From the NCBI GenBank assembly GCA_037440765.1, contig JBBITL010000018.1, positions 3,295-67,294 of the forward strand: a DNA stretch of 64,000 bases. The letters are read 5' to 3'. The notes under the pieces are model-generated. The model did no database searches and was not told the origin of the DNA. It was given only the letters and a program-made list of their open reading frames with translations. Below, piece by piece: positions 19,655 to 29,101 of the stretch (positions are counted from its first letter, which is position 1; every line of letters begins with the position of its first letter). Origin of the DNA: Solibacteraceae bacterium (lineage in GTDB: Bacteria; Acidobacteriota; Terriglobia; Bryobacterales; Bryobacteraceae). Both the position numbers and the translations under genes were made by a program.

Positions 19655-20776
19655 TCAGACCAGGTCCTGGATGTCGGCCCGGAACCGGCCCGCCGTGTAC
19701 TGCGCCCACTGCTCCAGCGCCTGAACGGCGAACACGGTCGAGACGGGATTGACGAAGGGCATGGTCTCGCCCTGCCTGCGTCCGAATCCGAAGCCTCCCC
19801 GCGAACGCCGGTCGGCGCCGAGGTACTGGAACTCCGGAAGGACGGTCGCTTCGAGAGCGGCTCGTTCACGGTCAAGAGGGACCGCTCCCAGAGCCGCGGC
19901 GTACAGCCTGAGCCGCAGCAGTTGAGCCCAGACGTCGGAACGCTCACAGACGGGGGCAAGCTTTGTGAGCAGGCTCTCCACGCGCCCGATCCCCTCGCCA
20001 ACTACCCGGGCGCAATCGGGCCGGCTCGCCAGGGCGAGCAAGCCTTCCAGGAAATAGCAGTAGGCATGCAGGCGGTCCATGAGCCTTTCCGGTTCGGGTT
20101 CCGCCTCCAGGAAGGTTTGGTGTGTGGCCAGACAAGCCGACACCGCCTCTTCGTACAGCTTCCAGTACTCATCCCCTGCGCCGGCGGCGGCGAGCTCGCG
20201 CCACCCCAGAGCGGCCTTCAACTGGAAGCACCCCGGATTACGGCTCCAGCGGCCGTCTCCCGCGACGGGTTGCTTGCCCGGGAGCGCGAGGACAGGGTGA
20301 TACCCCGAGGGGCCGCGAAAATCGGTCGCCATCGACCTGGCGCAGCCTACGGCGGCCGCGAGAAACTCATCTTCGCCGGTGGCCCGCCACAGCGCCACCA
20401 GGGCGCGCGCCGCTATGCCCAGATCGAAGAAGTAGGCCAGTTCGTCATGTCCCTGGCACTCAAAGGGCATAGTGGACAGCGCCGGATTCCAGGCGGTGCG
20501 CGTGAGGTACCGGCCCGCCCGGAGCGCCGCCCCCAGGCAGTCCTCGCGGCCGGTCACACTGTGGAGGAAGAGCAGGGCGGAAGCGGCGTAGGCGGTGATC
20601 TCGTTGGACACAGGGCGATATTCCCAGGTGTCGGTGCGGCAGAATCGCGCGACTCCGCCCGACGGTTGCTGAATGCCGGAATTGAGCAACCAGCTCGCGC
20701 CGTGCTGCGTCACACTCCCTGGCATAACCGTGACCGGGAGCGGGGGATTATCCGCATCGAGGAAGGAATTTCGCAT
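19655..20776 (-). CDS. Hypothetical protein, possibly alpha/alpha-toroid (terpenoid-cyclase/six-hairpin glycosidase-like) fold
   Basis: I trimmed the 480-aa ORF to ATG 20776 (MRNSFLDAD) because the longer version overlaps the divergent gene start. Repeated helical A/L/Y/W-rich segments. Weak call. Confidence 0.4.
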   Translation of the reverse strand: MRNSFLDADNPPLPVTVMPGSVTQHGASWLLNSGIQQPSGGVARFCRTDTWEYRPVSNEITAYAASALLFLHSVTGREDCLGAALRAGRYLTRTAWNPALSTMPFECQGHDELAYFFDLGIAARALVALWRATGEDEFLAAAVGCARSMATDFRGPSGYHPVLALPGKQPVAGDGRWSRNPGCFQLKAALGWRELAAAGAGDEYWKLYEEAVSACLATHQTFLEAEPEPERLMDRLHAYCYFLEGLLALASRPDCARVVGEGIGRVESLLTKLAPVCERSDVWAQLLRLRLYAAALGAVPLDRERAALEATVLPEFQYLGADRRSRGGFGFGRRQGETMPFVNPVSTVFAVQALEQWAQYTAGRFRADIQDLV

Positions 20777-20842
20777 TCTGCCAAGAGTTGCCCATTGTAG
20801 CACCGGACGGCGCCGGACCAGCCCGGCAGCGCCCGGCGGAAT

Positions 20843-20851
20843 TGCTATACT
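20843..20851 (+). promoter_or_regulatory. Extended -10 element TGcTATACT upstream of the NHL gene
   Basis: TGCTATACT read directly, 29 nt upstream of ATG 20880. Confidence 0.3.
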
Positions 20852-20879
20852 GAGAACTCCGAAGTCTCCAAATTCGATC

Positions 20880-23771
20880 ATGAAGTTCCTTGCGGTCTTC
20901 TTCTTAGCCGCCAGCGCGTGTTTTGCGGGCAAATTTACGACGGGGCAAGCCGCGCGACTGGTCATCGGGCAATCGACCTTCACCGAGCAGTGGCAGGGGG
21001 CAGGCGAATCCGTGGTGGGCGGTGTGGGCGGCATCGCGTTCGCCCAGGATTCGCTCTTTGTGACCGACGCCAACCGGGTGGCCGCCGATCCCGTCAACCA
21101 CCGGGTACTGATCTTCCGGGAGCTCTCCAGGATGTTGCCGGCGCCGACCGCCGAGATCGACTACACGCGCCGGTGTCCGGTCTGTGGAGGCACGGCGTCG
21201 GTGGTGCTCGGCCAGCCCGACTTCGAGGAGACCGCATACTCGACTCCTCCGACCAGATCCAGCGTGCGGACCCCCACCGCGGTCGCCTCCGACGGCGTGC
21301 GGCTGGCGGTGGCCGACTCCGACAACAACCGGGTGCTGATCTGGAATTCGATCCCCCTCACCAACAACACTCCGGCCGACGTGGTGGTGGGCCAGACCAG
21401 CTTCACGAGCGCCGCGGCGGTGCTGCCTCCGAACGCCGGTTCGCTTCGCGGACCTCAGGGGGTCTGGATCCAGGGCGGAAGGCTGTTTGTCGCCGACACC
21501 TTCAACAACCGCGTCCTCATCTGGAACTCCATTCCAACCACCAATGGCAAGGCGGCGGACGTGGTCATCGGCCAGGCCGGGTTCAACGTCACCGTGCAGA
21601 CGGACCTGATCCAGGCCAGGCTGGATCCCAATCCCCGCAACCTGGTCAGCCCGGTTTCGGTGACCTCCGACGGACAGCGGATGTACGTCTCGGACCTGGG
21701 ACACAACCGCGTGTTGATCTGGAACTCGATCCCCAGCCAGAACAATCAACCTGCCGACGTGGTCGTGGGCCAGCCGGACATGACCAGCGCGGTGGCCAAC
21801 AACACGACGAAACTCTGCAAGGCCATCGGTGAGGGCCGCTCCATCACGGCCGCGACGAACGCGTTTCCGGTGGTCTTCACCTCAAAGGGCCACGCCCTGC
21901 GCTCGGGCGAGGTAGTCGGGATCTCCGGTGCCACCGGCAAGTGGGCCGTTGTGAACGCGGGCTTCCAGGTGGAGGTGCTCAGTGAGGATACCTTCTCCAT
22001 TGCAGTCGACTCCAGGGAATTCGGACCGCTCAGCGGCGCGCTGGCGGTGAACGTCTACCCCGGGTTGTGCGGCGCCACTGTGGACTTTCCGCGCTTCGCG
22101 CTTTCCGACGGCACCCGCCTGTTCATAGCCGACGGCGGCAACGACCGGGTCCTGGTCTACGACCGCGTGCCGACCTCCAACGGCCAGGCCGCCGACGCCG
22201 TCCTGGGCCAGCCCAGCGACACCATGAACCTGGCCTCGGATTCGGCCTATGAGTGGCGCAGGTCCAGCGCGGACTCCCTGCGAACCCCCCTGGCGCTGGC
22301 CTGGGACGGAACGAACCTCTACGTCACGGACCCGTTTAACCGGCGGATCATGGTGTTCACCCTCGCTGACCCTTCGATCCCCTATACCGGCGTCCGCAAC
22401 AGCGCCAGCCGCGCCATTTACGCCATTGGCGCGGTCAACTTCGCCGGTCAGTTGAGGAAGGATGACGAGATCACCATCAAGATCGGCGGGACCGAATACA
22501 AGTACAAGCTCACCGAGGACGACAGCCTGGATTCGATCGTCACCAACTTCGCCGGCCTGATCAACGCGGGCTCCGGCGATCCGCTGGTGCTGGCCACGCC
22601 GAATCTCCCGATGGCGACCCTGGTTCTGGTGGCCAGGACCGAGGGCAGTGCCGGCGACGAAATCACGTTGTCGGCCTCTGCCTCGGAGGGCGCCACCATA
22701 GTGGCGACCGTCTCCGGCGCCACGCTGCGCGGGGGCAAGGACGCCGCCAAGATCGCTCCCGGCTCCCTGGTTATTATTCACGGGGACAACCTGGCCGAGT
22801 CGACCGCGGCGGCCGCCCCGGACGCGAGCCCGCTGCCCACGACCCTGGGCGGCGTCCAGGTATATTTCGACGGCATCCGGGCGCCGCTGCTGTACGTCTC
22901 GCCGAAGCAGATTAACGCGCAGGTGCCCTTCGACGTACACGACTCGACCAGCATCAACGCCTACGTCCGCATCCGCCGCAGCGACGGCCGCGTGACGATT
23001 ACAAACCCCGTGGCTATCCCCATCGTCCCCCAAAACCCCGGCATCTTCGCCTTCGAGGGACAGGACCCCAGGCCCGGCGTGGCCTTGCATTACAGCAGCC
23101 ACGCCACCGCAACCGTCTCAATCGACGGCGCGGGCGTGGCCGGGGAAACCCTCGGCATCTCCATCGAAGACCGGAACTACACCTACACGGTCCAGGAGGG
23201 CGACACGCTGAACTCGATCCGGGACGCCTTCGTGAGAATGATCAACGCCGACCCGCTGGTGGAGGCGTACCCTTCAAGCATCTGGACCAGGATCCGCCTG
23301 CGCGCGCGGATTCCCGGTCCTCAGGCGAACGGCGTGCGGATCTCCGTCAGCAGCCCCGAGGGAACTTCGGTGATCGTGACGCCGTTCAACGAGGCCCTGT
23401 GCTGCGCCAATGAGGCCGGCAGCCTGGTCACCGAGGACAACCCGGCCCTGCCGGGAGGGACCATCGTGGTTTACGCCACGGGGCTCGGGCTGATCAGACC
23501 GGACGAGGCCCAGCAACTGGTCCGGACCGGTGTGAAATACACGGGCCCGGCGTTCAACGAGCCGGTGGAGTTCGTCTCCTCGCTGGCGGGCGGCAAGACG
23601 GCCAACGTGCTTGCCACCGGGCTCAAACCGGGGTCGATCGGGATCTACGAGGTGCACCTGGAGCTGAACTCCGGCCAGGAAACCAACCCCTTCACCCAGT
23701 TGACCATCGCCCAGAGCGACTACATAAGCAACGTGGTGACGATCCCGGTCTTCAATCCCGCGATCCCGTAG
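20880..23771 (+). CDS. Secreted NHL-repeat beta-propeller protein with TIGR03437-like (Solibacter C-terminal) domain
   Basis: Start trimmed to MKFLAVFFLAASACFA. Five to six repeats of NNRVLIWNSIP..N..ADVV(V/I)GQ. C-terminus has APGSLVIIHGDNL...LGGVQVYFDGIRAPLLYVSPKQINAQVPFDV and GIYEVHLELNS. Confidence 0.8.
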   Translation: MKFLAVFFLAASACFAGKFTTGQAARLVIGQSTFTEQWQGAGESVVGGVGGIAFAQDSLFVTDANRVAADPVNHRVLIFRELSRMLPAPTAEIDYTRRCPVCGGTASVVLGQPDFEETAYSTPPTRSSVRTPTAVASDGVRLAVADSDNNRVLIWNSIPLTNNTPADVVVGQTSFTSAAAVLPPNAGSLRGPQGVWIQGGRLFVADTFNNRVLIWNSIPTTNGKAADVVIGQAGFNVTVQTDLIQARLDPNPRNLVSPVSVTSDGQRMYVSDLGHNRVLIWNSIPSQNNQPADVVVGQPDMTSAVANNTTKLCKAIGEGRSITAATNAFPVVFTSKGHALRSGEVVGISGATGKWAVVNAGFQVEVLSEDTFSIAVDSREFGPLSGALAVNVYPGLCGATVDFPRFALSDGTRLFIADGGNDRVLVYDRVPTSNGQAADAVLGQPSDTMNLASDSAYEWRRSSADSLRTPLALAWDGTNLYVTDPFNRRIMVFTLADPSIPYTGVRNSASRAIYAIGAVNFAGQLRKDDEITIKIGGTEYKYKLTEDDSLDSIVTNFAGLINAGSGDPLVLATPNLPMATLVLVARTEGSAGDEITLSASASEGATIVATVSGATLRGGKDAAKIAPGSLVIIHGDNLAESTAAAAPDASPLPTTLGGVQVYFDGIRAPLLYVSPKQINAQVPFDVHDSTSINAYVRIRRSDGRVTITNPVAIPIVPQNPGIFAFEGQDPRPGVALHYSSHATATVSIDGAGVAGETLGISIEDRNYTYTVQEGDTLNSIRDAFVRMINADPLVEAYPSSIWTRIRLRARIPGPQANGVRISVSSPEGTSVIVTPFNEALCCANEAGSLVTEDNPALPGGTIVVYATGLGLIRPDEAQQLVRTGVKYTGPAFNEPVEFVSSLAGGKTANVLATGLKPGSIGIYEVHLELNSGQETNPFTQLTIAQSDYISNVVTIPVFNPAIP

Positions 23772-24039
23772 CCGCCTGCTCCGGCGGGCTGTGGGGCCGG
23801 TAGCCCGCGGTTTGCATTGTCTGGCGGGCCTGCGCCGACGCTTCGGCAAGCACGTAGAAGAACGCTCCGTGCCGCACCCGCCGGAACAGGAAACCGCCCA
23901 GGTACTGGTCGACTTCCACGGCGTAGTCCACCCCGGCCGAGGTGAGCAGAGACTCCAGCGCCTTCGCCTCCGACAGCCGCTTGGCTATATAGACCAGTTC
24001 GACATCCCGCTCGCCGAAATGCTCCGCGTCGCGGCGCAT
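23752..24039 (-). CDS. Small hypothetical protein (95 aa), DUF2007-like alpha/beta pattern
   Basis: ORF starts 1 nt after the stop of the upstream 146-aa gene. The pattern VELVYIA..SEAKALESLLTSAGVDYAVEVD..FYVLAE..AQARQ resembles small DUF2007-type proteins. Weak call. Confidence 0.4.
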   Translation of the reverse strand: MRRDAEHFGERDVELVYIAKRLSEAKALESLLTSAGVDYAVEVDQYLGGFLFRRVRHGAFFYVLAEASAQARQTMQTAGYRPHSPPEQAATGSRD

Positions 24040-24040
24040 C

Positions 24041-24478
24041 CTAGCCGCCCCTGACGCGCGCCGAGAAAGCCTCGTATGCGCCCGGCGAGTTCCTGTTCAT
24101 CCACTGGATGAAGGCCTTGGCCACCGTCTCCAGGTTCCTGTACGCGTTCCGGTTCTTGTGTTGCTCGCGCACCTCCGGCAGCACGGCGCGGAACTTCTCC
24201 CAGACGTAGAGCAGCTCGCCGCCGCTCTGAAAGAACAGCTCCTGGTTCAGCACTCCGCCGGTGATGAACGACGCCACCATCTCCCAGTAGCTCAGCACCA
24301 TTCGCGCGTAGGCGCTCTGCTCGGAGCCTGGCGGACAGAGGGCGTTCAGTTCCTCCAGGGTATCGGCCTTGAAGTCGCGGGAGAACCAGTCGCGCGCGGT
24401 CCGCATCTTCGCCTCGCGCCGGAGTTCGTACAGGCGCAGCATCAGGTTCACGTCGTCGTAGGTGGCTTGGGCTTCCAT
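24041..24478 (-). CDS. Conserved-looking hypothetical protein (146 aa)
   Basis: Trimmed to ATG 24478 (MEAQATYDDVNLMLRLYELRREAKMRTARDWF...). Non-low-complexity composition. No family recognised with confidence. Confidence 0.5.
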   Translation of the reverse strand: MEAQATYDDVNLMLRLYELRREAKMRTARDWFSRDFKADTLEELNALCPPGSEQSAYARMVLSYWEMVASFITGGVLNQELFFQSGGELLYVWEKFRAVLPEVREQHKNRNAYRNLETVAKAFIQWMNRNSPGAYEAFSARVRGG

Positions 24479-24531
24479 GCAGTCAGCGTAGCAAAGAGGC
24501 CGCAAAAACGTACCCGCTACTGCCTTCCAGG

Positions 24532-26049
24532 TTGCGGACGGCGCTCGGCTCGTGCTACACAGTACGTGAGGCTGAGAAGCCCGTGAACACACCGACAACT
24601 AATTCAGGCAGGAAACTGGTTACGCTCATCCCCGGAGACGGAGTGGGACCCGAGTGCGTGCGAGCAGCGCAGCGAATCGTCGAGGCCACGGGCGCGGCTG
24701 TCGACTGGGAAGAGCGCCATGCTGGCGCGAGCCTCTTCCGGCAGGGTGTCGCCTCGGGCGTGCCTCAGGATACCATTGATTCGATCCGCAAGACCCGCGT
24801 CGCGCTGAAAGGCCCCCTGGAGACGCCGGTCGGTTTCGGCGAGAAAAGCGCTAACGTCACCCTCCGCAAGCTGTTCGAAACCTACGGCAACATACGGCCT
24901 GTGCGCGAGTTCCCGGGCGTTACGACTCCTTACAGCGGCCGCGGCATCGACCTGGTGGTGGTCCGTGAGAACGTCGAGGACCTCTACGCCGGCATTGAGC
25001 ACATGCAGACCCCCGGGGTCGCACAGTGCCTCAAGCTCATCTCCAACAAAGGCTGCGAGAAGGTGATCCGCCTCGGCTTTGAGCTCGCGGTAGCCGAGGG
25101 GCGCAAGCGCGTGCACTGCGCGACCAAGTCCAACATCATGAAGCTGACCGAGGGGGCGTTCAAGCGCACCTTCGAGAAGGTCAGCGCGGAATACCCGGAC
25201 ATCGAGGCGCAGCACCTCATCATCGACAACTGCGCCCATCAGCTCGTCAAGAAGCCAGAGCAATTCGACGTCATCGTCACCACCAACATGAACGGGGACA
25301 TCATCAGCGACCTGACGTCGGCGCTGGTGGGCGGACTGGGCTTCGCCCCCTCCGCCAACATCGGCAACGAGGCCGCCATCTTCGAGGCGGTGCACGGGTC
25401 AGCTCCGAAGTACGCTGGCAAGAACGTTATCAACCCGACGGCGGTCGTTCTGTCGGCGGCCCTTATGCTGCGCCACCTTGGGGAACTGGAAGCAGCCTCG
25501 GAGATCGAGCACGCCATCCTCGTGACGATCGAGGAGGGCAAGCACCGGACCGGCGATATCGTCGGCTACGACAAGGGCGCCTCAACCAGCGCCTTCACCG
25601 ACGCGGTCATTGCGAACCTGGGCAGGGTCTCGGAGCGCTCGCAGGTCCGGGCCTACAAGCCGATCAGGCTGCCCAGGGTGGACCCGGCCGCCGATTTTAT
25701 CCGGGCCAAAGAGCGGCGCGTGGTGGGCGTCGACGTATTCGTGGAGTCCGCGCTTTCGTCCGAGGAACTCGGCGCCAGCGTCGAGCAACTCGCCGCCGGG
25801 ACGCCCGTGAAGCTGAAGATGGTCTCCAACCGGGGGACCAAGGTCTATCCGGCCATGGGCGCCATCACCGACTGCGTCGACCACTGGCGCTGCCGTTTCA
25901 TTGTCCGGGAGGCGTCCTCCGATCTGAGCGACGCCGCCATCCTCGACCTGGTCAGCCGCATCGCCGGGCGCCACCGCTGGATGCACATCGAGAAGTTGCA
26001 GGAGTTCGACAAGGCCAATGGCTTCACCATGGCGCAGGGCGAGGATTAA
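24532..26049 (+). CDS. icd: Isocitrate dehydrogenase (isocitrate/isopropylmalate dehydrogenase family) with ~150-aa C-terminal extension; true start probably GTG 24583
   Basis: LIPGDGVGPE, EDLYAGIEH, NMNGDIISD, GSAPKYAGK. An extra C-terminal domain follows ..ANLGRVSE. Confidence 0.85.
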   Translation: MRTALGSCYTVREAEKPVNTPTTNSGRKLVTLIPGDGVGPECVRAAQRIVEATGAAVDWEERHAGASLFRQGVASGVPQDTIDSIRKTRVALKGPLETPVGFGEKSANVTLRKLFETYGNIRPVREFPGVTTPYSGRGIDLVVVRENVEDLYAGIEHMQTPGVAQCLKLISNKGCEKVIRLGFELAVAEGRKRVHCATKSNIMKLTEGAFKRTFEKVSAEYPDIEAQHLIIDNCAHQLVKKPEQFDVIVTTNMNGDIISDLTSALVGGLGFAPSANIGNEAAIFEAVHGSAPKYAGKNVINPTAVVLSAALMLRHLGELEAASEIEHAILVTIEEGKHRTGDIVGYDKGASTSAFTDAVIANLGRVSERSQVRAYKPIRLPRVDPAADFIRAKERRVVGVDVFVESALSSEELGASVEQLAAGTPVKLKMVSNRGTKVYPAMGAITDCVDHWRCRFIVREASSDLSDAAILDLVSRIAGRHRWMHIEKLQEFDKANGFTMAQGED

Positions 26050-26063
26050 CAGGTGATGAGCGG

Positions 26064-26082
26064 GCCGCCGGCGAGGGGCGGC
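26064..26082. terminator. GC hairpin (GCCGCC-7-GGCGGC) between convergent icd and lysA
   Basis: Inverted repeat read directly in the 33-nt convergent gap. No U-tract. Confidence 0.3.
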
Positions 26083-27342
26083 TCAGACTGATTCGCCGCG
26101 GATGAGGTCGTCGAGGGTTTCGCGGGCGCGCACGACGCGCCAGTGGCCGCCCTCCACCAGGATCTCCGGCGGGCGGACGCGGGTGTTGTAATTGGACGCC
26201 AGCGCGAAACCGTAGGCGCCGGCCGTGCATACCGCCAGAAGATCGCCGGGAAGCGCGTTAGGCATCTCGCGGTCGAGCGCCAGAAAATCCCCTGATTCGC
26301 AGACCGGACCGACGACATCGGCCAAGACCGTCCCCCGCTCCATGCGCCTTACCGGCAGGATCTCGTGGTGGGACTGGTATAGCGACGGCCGGATCAGGTC
26401 CGTCATGGCGGCGTCCACCACGATGAACTCCCGCGAGAGCGTGCGCTTGCGGTACAGGACCCGCGTGAGGAGCACTCCGGCCTCGCCGACTATTGAGCGG
26501 CCGGGCTCGAGCATCAGGAGCAGACCCTTGCCTTCCACCTTCGCGCGGACCCGTGAGGCGAACTCCCCGACGTCGGGCGTGCGGTCCCCCGGCTTGTAGG
26601 CTACCCCCAGGCCGCCGCCCAGGTCCAGGTGCCGGATGGGCAGTCCCATGCCGCGCAGACGGCCCACAAGGTCCAGCATCCGGTCCAGCGCCTCCAGTAT
26701 GCGGCCGGCATCCAGGATCTGGCTGCCGACGTGACAACTCACTCCTTCGGCGGCCACGTTCCGGCAAATCTGCGCGCGGCGGTAGATTTCCTCCACTTCC
26801 GAGATGTCTATGCCGAACTTGTGCTGCCGCAGGCCGGTGGAGATGTACGGGTGGGCTCCGGCTTCCACGTCGGGGTTGACGCGCAGAGCGATCCGCGCCT
26901 TCACGCCCTGGCGCGCCGCCAGGGAGTCGATGAGCGCAATCTCCGCGCCGGATTCGCAGTTGAAGCTGTGGATCCCGTGACGCAGCGCGTATTCAACCTC
27001 ATCGGCCGTCTTGCCAACCCCGGAGAAGGTCACGCGCGCCGGATCGCCGCCAGCCCGGACTACCCGGAACAGTTCGCCCCCCGAAACCACGTCGAAGCCT
27101 GCGCCGGCTCTTGCCAGCAGCGCCAGCACAGCCAGGCTGGAGTTGGCTTTCACCGCGTAGCAGATCATGTGCGGCAGCCCGTCGAGGCCCGCGTCGTAGG
27201 CCCGGAACCGGTCCAGCACGGCGCCGGCCGAGTACACGTAGCATGGGGTGCCCTCGCGCGCGGCGATGTCTGCCAGGGCCACATCCCCGCAACACAGCGA
27301 CCCGTTCCTGTAGGTAAAAGCGCCGGAGGAGCCTGGGTTCAT
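26083..27342 (-). CDS. lysA: Diaminopimelate decarboxylase
   Basis: 419 aa. CYAVKANS (PLP lysine), GGGLGV, CESGD. Confidence 0.9.
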   Translation of the reverse strand: MNPGSSGAFTYRNGSLCCGDVALADIAAREGTPCYVYSAGAVLDRFRAYDAGLDGLPHMICYAVKANSSLAVLALLARAGAGFDVVSGGELFRVVRAGGDPARVTFSGVGKTADEVEYALRHGIHSFNCESGAEIALIDSLAARQGVKARIALRVNPDVEAGAHPYISTGLRQHKFGIDISEVEEIYRRAQICRNVAAEGVSCHVGSQILDAGRILEALDRMLDLVGRLRGMGLPIRHLDLGGGLGVAYKPGDRTPDVGEFASRVRAKVEGKGLLLMLEPGRSIVGEAGVLLTRVLYRKRTLSREFIVVDAAMTDLIRPSLYQSHHEILPVRRMERGTVLADVVGPVCESGDFLALDREMPNALPGDLLAVCTAGAYGFALASNYNTRVRPPEILVEGGHWRVVRARETLDDLIRGESV

Positions 27343-29093
27343 TTCACTTTCATCACTATCAGGGTCTGGTCATCCGATGTGCCGGCCCCGTCGGCGAAGC
27401 GGTCGATGTCCGCGAAGACGGCGTCCACCAGGGCTTGCGGGGAAGCCTGCCCGTGGCGCTCGATGAGAAGTCTCAGCCTCTTCCTGCCGTAGTGCTCGGC
27501 GGCGGGGTTGTGCTGGTCCTCGATCCCGTCCGAGTAGAGCACGATCAGATCCCCCGGCTGCGCGGCGAAGGAGAGTTCATCGTACTCCCGCTCCTCCAGC
27601 AGGCCGAGCGGCACGCCTTCCACGCGGGGCGAATGCAGCTCGCCGCCGCGCGAGATCAGGGGGGGCATGGAGCCCGCGTTGGCCATACGGAGCTTCCTGG
27701 TCCGGTGCTGCCACTCCACCACCAGCAGGGTTACGAAACGCGCGTCGGCCTTGCGCTCCAGCAAAGCTGTGTTCAGGGACTTCATCAGTTCGGAAGGCCT
27801 GGCGCGGGCCGGCGCCATGGTTCTGAGCAGGCCGCTCACCAGGGCGGCGTAGAGAGCCGCCGCCGCGCCCTTTCCGCTTACGTCTCCCATGGCGATCACG
27901 GTGCGCTCGCGGCCCTGCTGGAAGAAATCGTAAAGGTCTCCGCTGATTTCGCGCGCCGGACGCACGCCCGTGGCTATCTCCAGGCCGGGGATCTCGGGCG
28001 CCTGACGCGGGAGCAGGATCGACTGGAGCTCCCGGGCGGCCTGCAAGTCCGTCTCCATGCGCTGCTTGCCGGCCGCGACTTCCTGGTAGAGTCGCGCGTT
28101 CTCGATCGAGATGGCAATCTGGGGGGCCAGCAGCGAGAGCGTCCTGACGTGGTCCTCGGTGAAGAACCCGATACTCTCGCTTTCAAGGTCCATCACGCCG
28201 ATCACGTTGTCCCGGACCACCAGGGGCACGGCTACCTCGCTCCGGATATCCGGGTGCAGCGGGATGTAGCGGGGATCGGCGACGGTATCCTCCACGCGGA
28301 TCACCTCCCGCAATTGCGCGGCGGCGCCGGTGATGCCCTTTCCGAGCGGGATGTTGTCGGCCGGGACACGCTCGTCGTAGCGCGAGCTGAAGCGGTGCCG
28401 CAGCAGGCTGCGCTGCTCGTCGACCAGCATGACGCTGAACGAGTCGAACAGGATCAGGGACCGGACCGCGGCGGCGATCTTGGTGAGCAGCGTATCCAGG
28501 TCCAGGATCGAGGAGAATTCCTGCGACAGGCGGCTCAGCGTGCGGAGTGTCCGGTTCTGACGCTCCACCCGGCGGTAAAGGCGCGCGTTGTCGATCGCCG
28601 CCGCCACGCGGGAGGCGATGAGCTGGAGCGTGGACTGCTCGAAGTCGCCGTACGCGTTGGGCGTGGTGGACTGCATGTCGATGACGCCCACCAGCTTCCC
28701 GCCCCGGCCGAGCATCGGCACGGCCAGTTCCGTCCGCACCGCGTCCACCACGCTCAGGTATCTGGGGTCGCTCAACACATCGCCAGACAGGACCGGACGG
28801 CGCTCCATCGCGGCCAAGCCGGTAAGGCCCTCGCCCAGGGCGACCTGCATCTTCTCGACCACCTCCCGGCGATGCCCGATGGCGTAGTGGATCCTCAGCT
28901 GCCGCGTTCGCTCGCTGTAGAGCAGGATGGCGAACAGCTCGCAGGGAATCACCCGGGTGATCACGCCGGCCACGCTGGCCAGCAGGCGGTCCAGGTCCAG
29001 GGTCTCGCTGGCGACGGCGGCGATCTCCAGGAAAAAATCGAGCAGTTCCTCGCGTTCGCGGAAACGGGCCGAGGAGCGGGGTGTCGTCGGCAT
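27339..29093 (-). CDS. GAF-GAF-PP2C (SpoIIE/RsbU-type) serine phosphatase
   Basis: 584 aa. Two GAF-like regions, then SGDLYDF, GDVSGKG, YSDGIED, DDQTLIVMK. The stop overlaps the lysA start (ATGA). Confidence 0.85.
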   Translation of the reverse strand: MPTTPRSSARFREREELLDFFLEIAAVASETLDLDRLLASVAGVITRVIPCELFAILLYSERTRQLRIHYAIGHRREVVEKMQVALGEGLTGLAAMERRPVLSGDVLSDPRYLSVVDAVRTELAVPMLGRGGKLVGVIDMQSTTPNAYGDFEQSTLQLIASRVAAAIDNARLYRRVERQNRTLRTLSRLSQEFSSILDLDTLLTKIAAAVRSLILFDSFSVMLVDEQRSLLRHRFSSRYDERVPADNIPLGKGITGAAAQLREVIRVEDTVADPRYIPLHPDIRSEVAVPLVVRDNVIGVMDLESESIGFFTEDHVRTLSLLAPQIAISIENARLYQEVAAGKQRMETDLQAARELQSILLPRQAPEIPGLEIATGVRPAREISGDLYDFFQQGRERTVIAMGDVSGKGAAAALYAALVSGLLRTMAPARARPSELMKSLNTALLERKADARFVTLLVVEWQHRTRKLRMANAGSMPPLISRGGELHSPRVEGVPLGLLEEREYDELSFAAQPGDLIVLYSDGIEDQHNPAAEHYGRKRLRLLIERHGQASPQALVDAVFADIDRFADGAGTSDDQTLIVMKVK

Positions 29094-29101
29094 GCGGGCG
29101 C

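Noticed and set aside
21060-22360. Periodic repetition at the DNA level that might suggest a tandem repeat or CRISPR-like array.
   Set aside because: The periodicity is about 150-190 nt and corresponds to divergent NHL blades (NNRVLIWNSIP...) inside one continuous ORF. There are no identical short repeats with unique spacers anywhere in the window.
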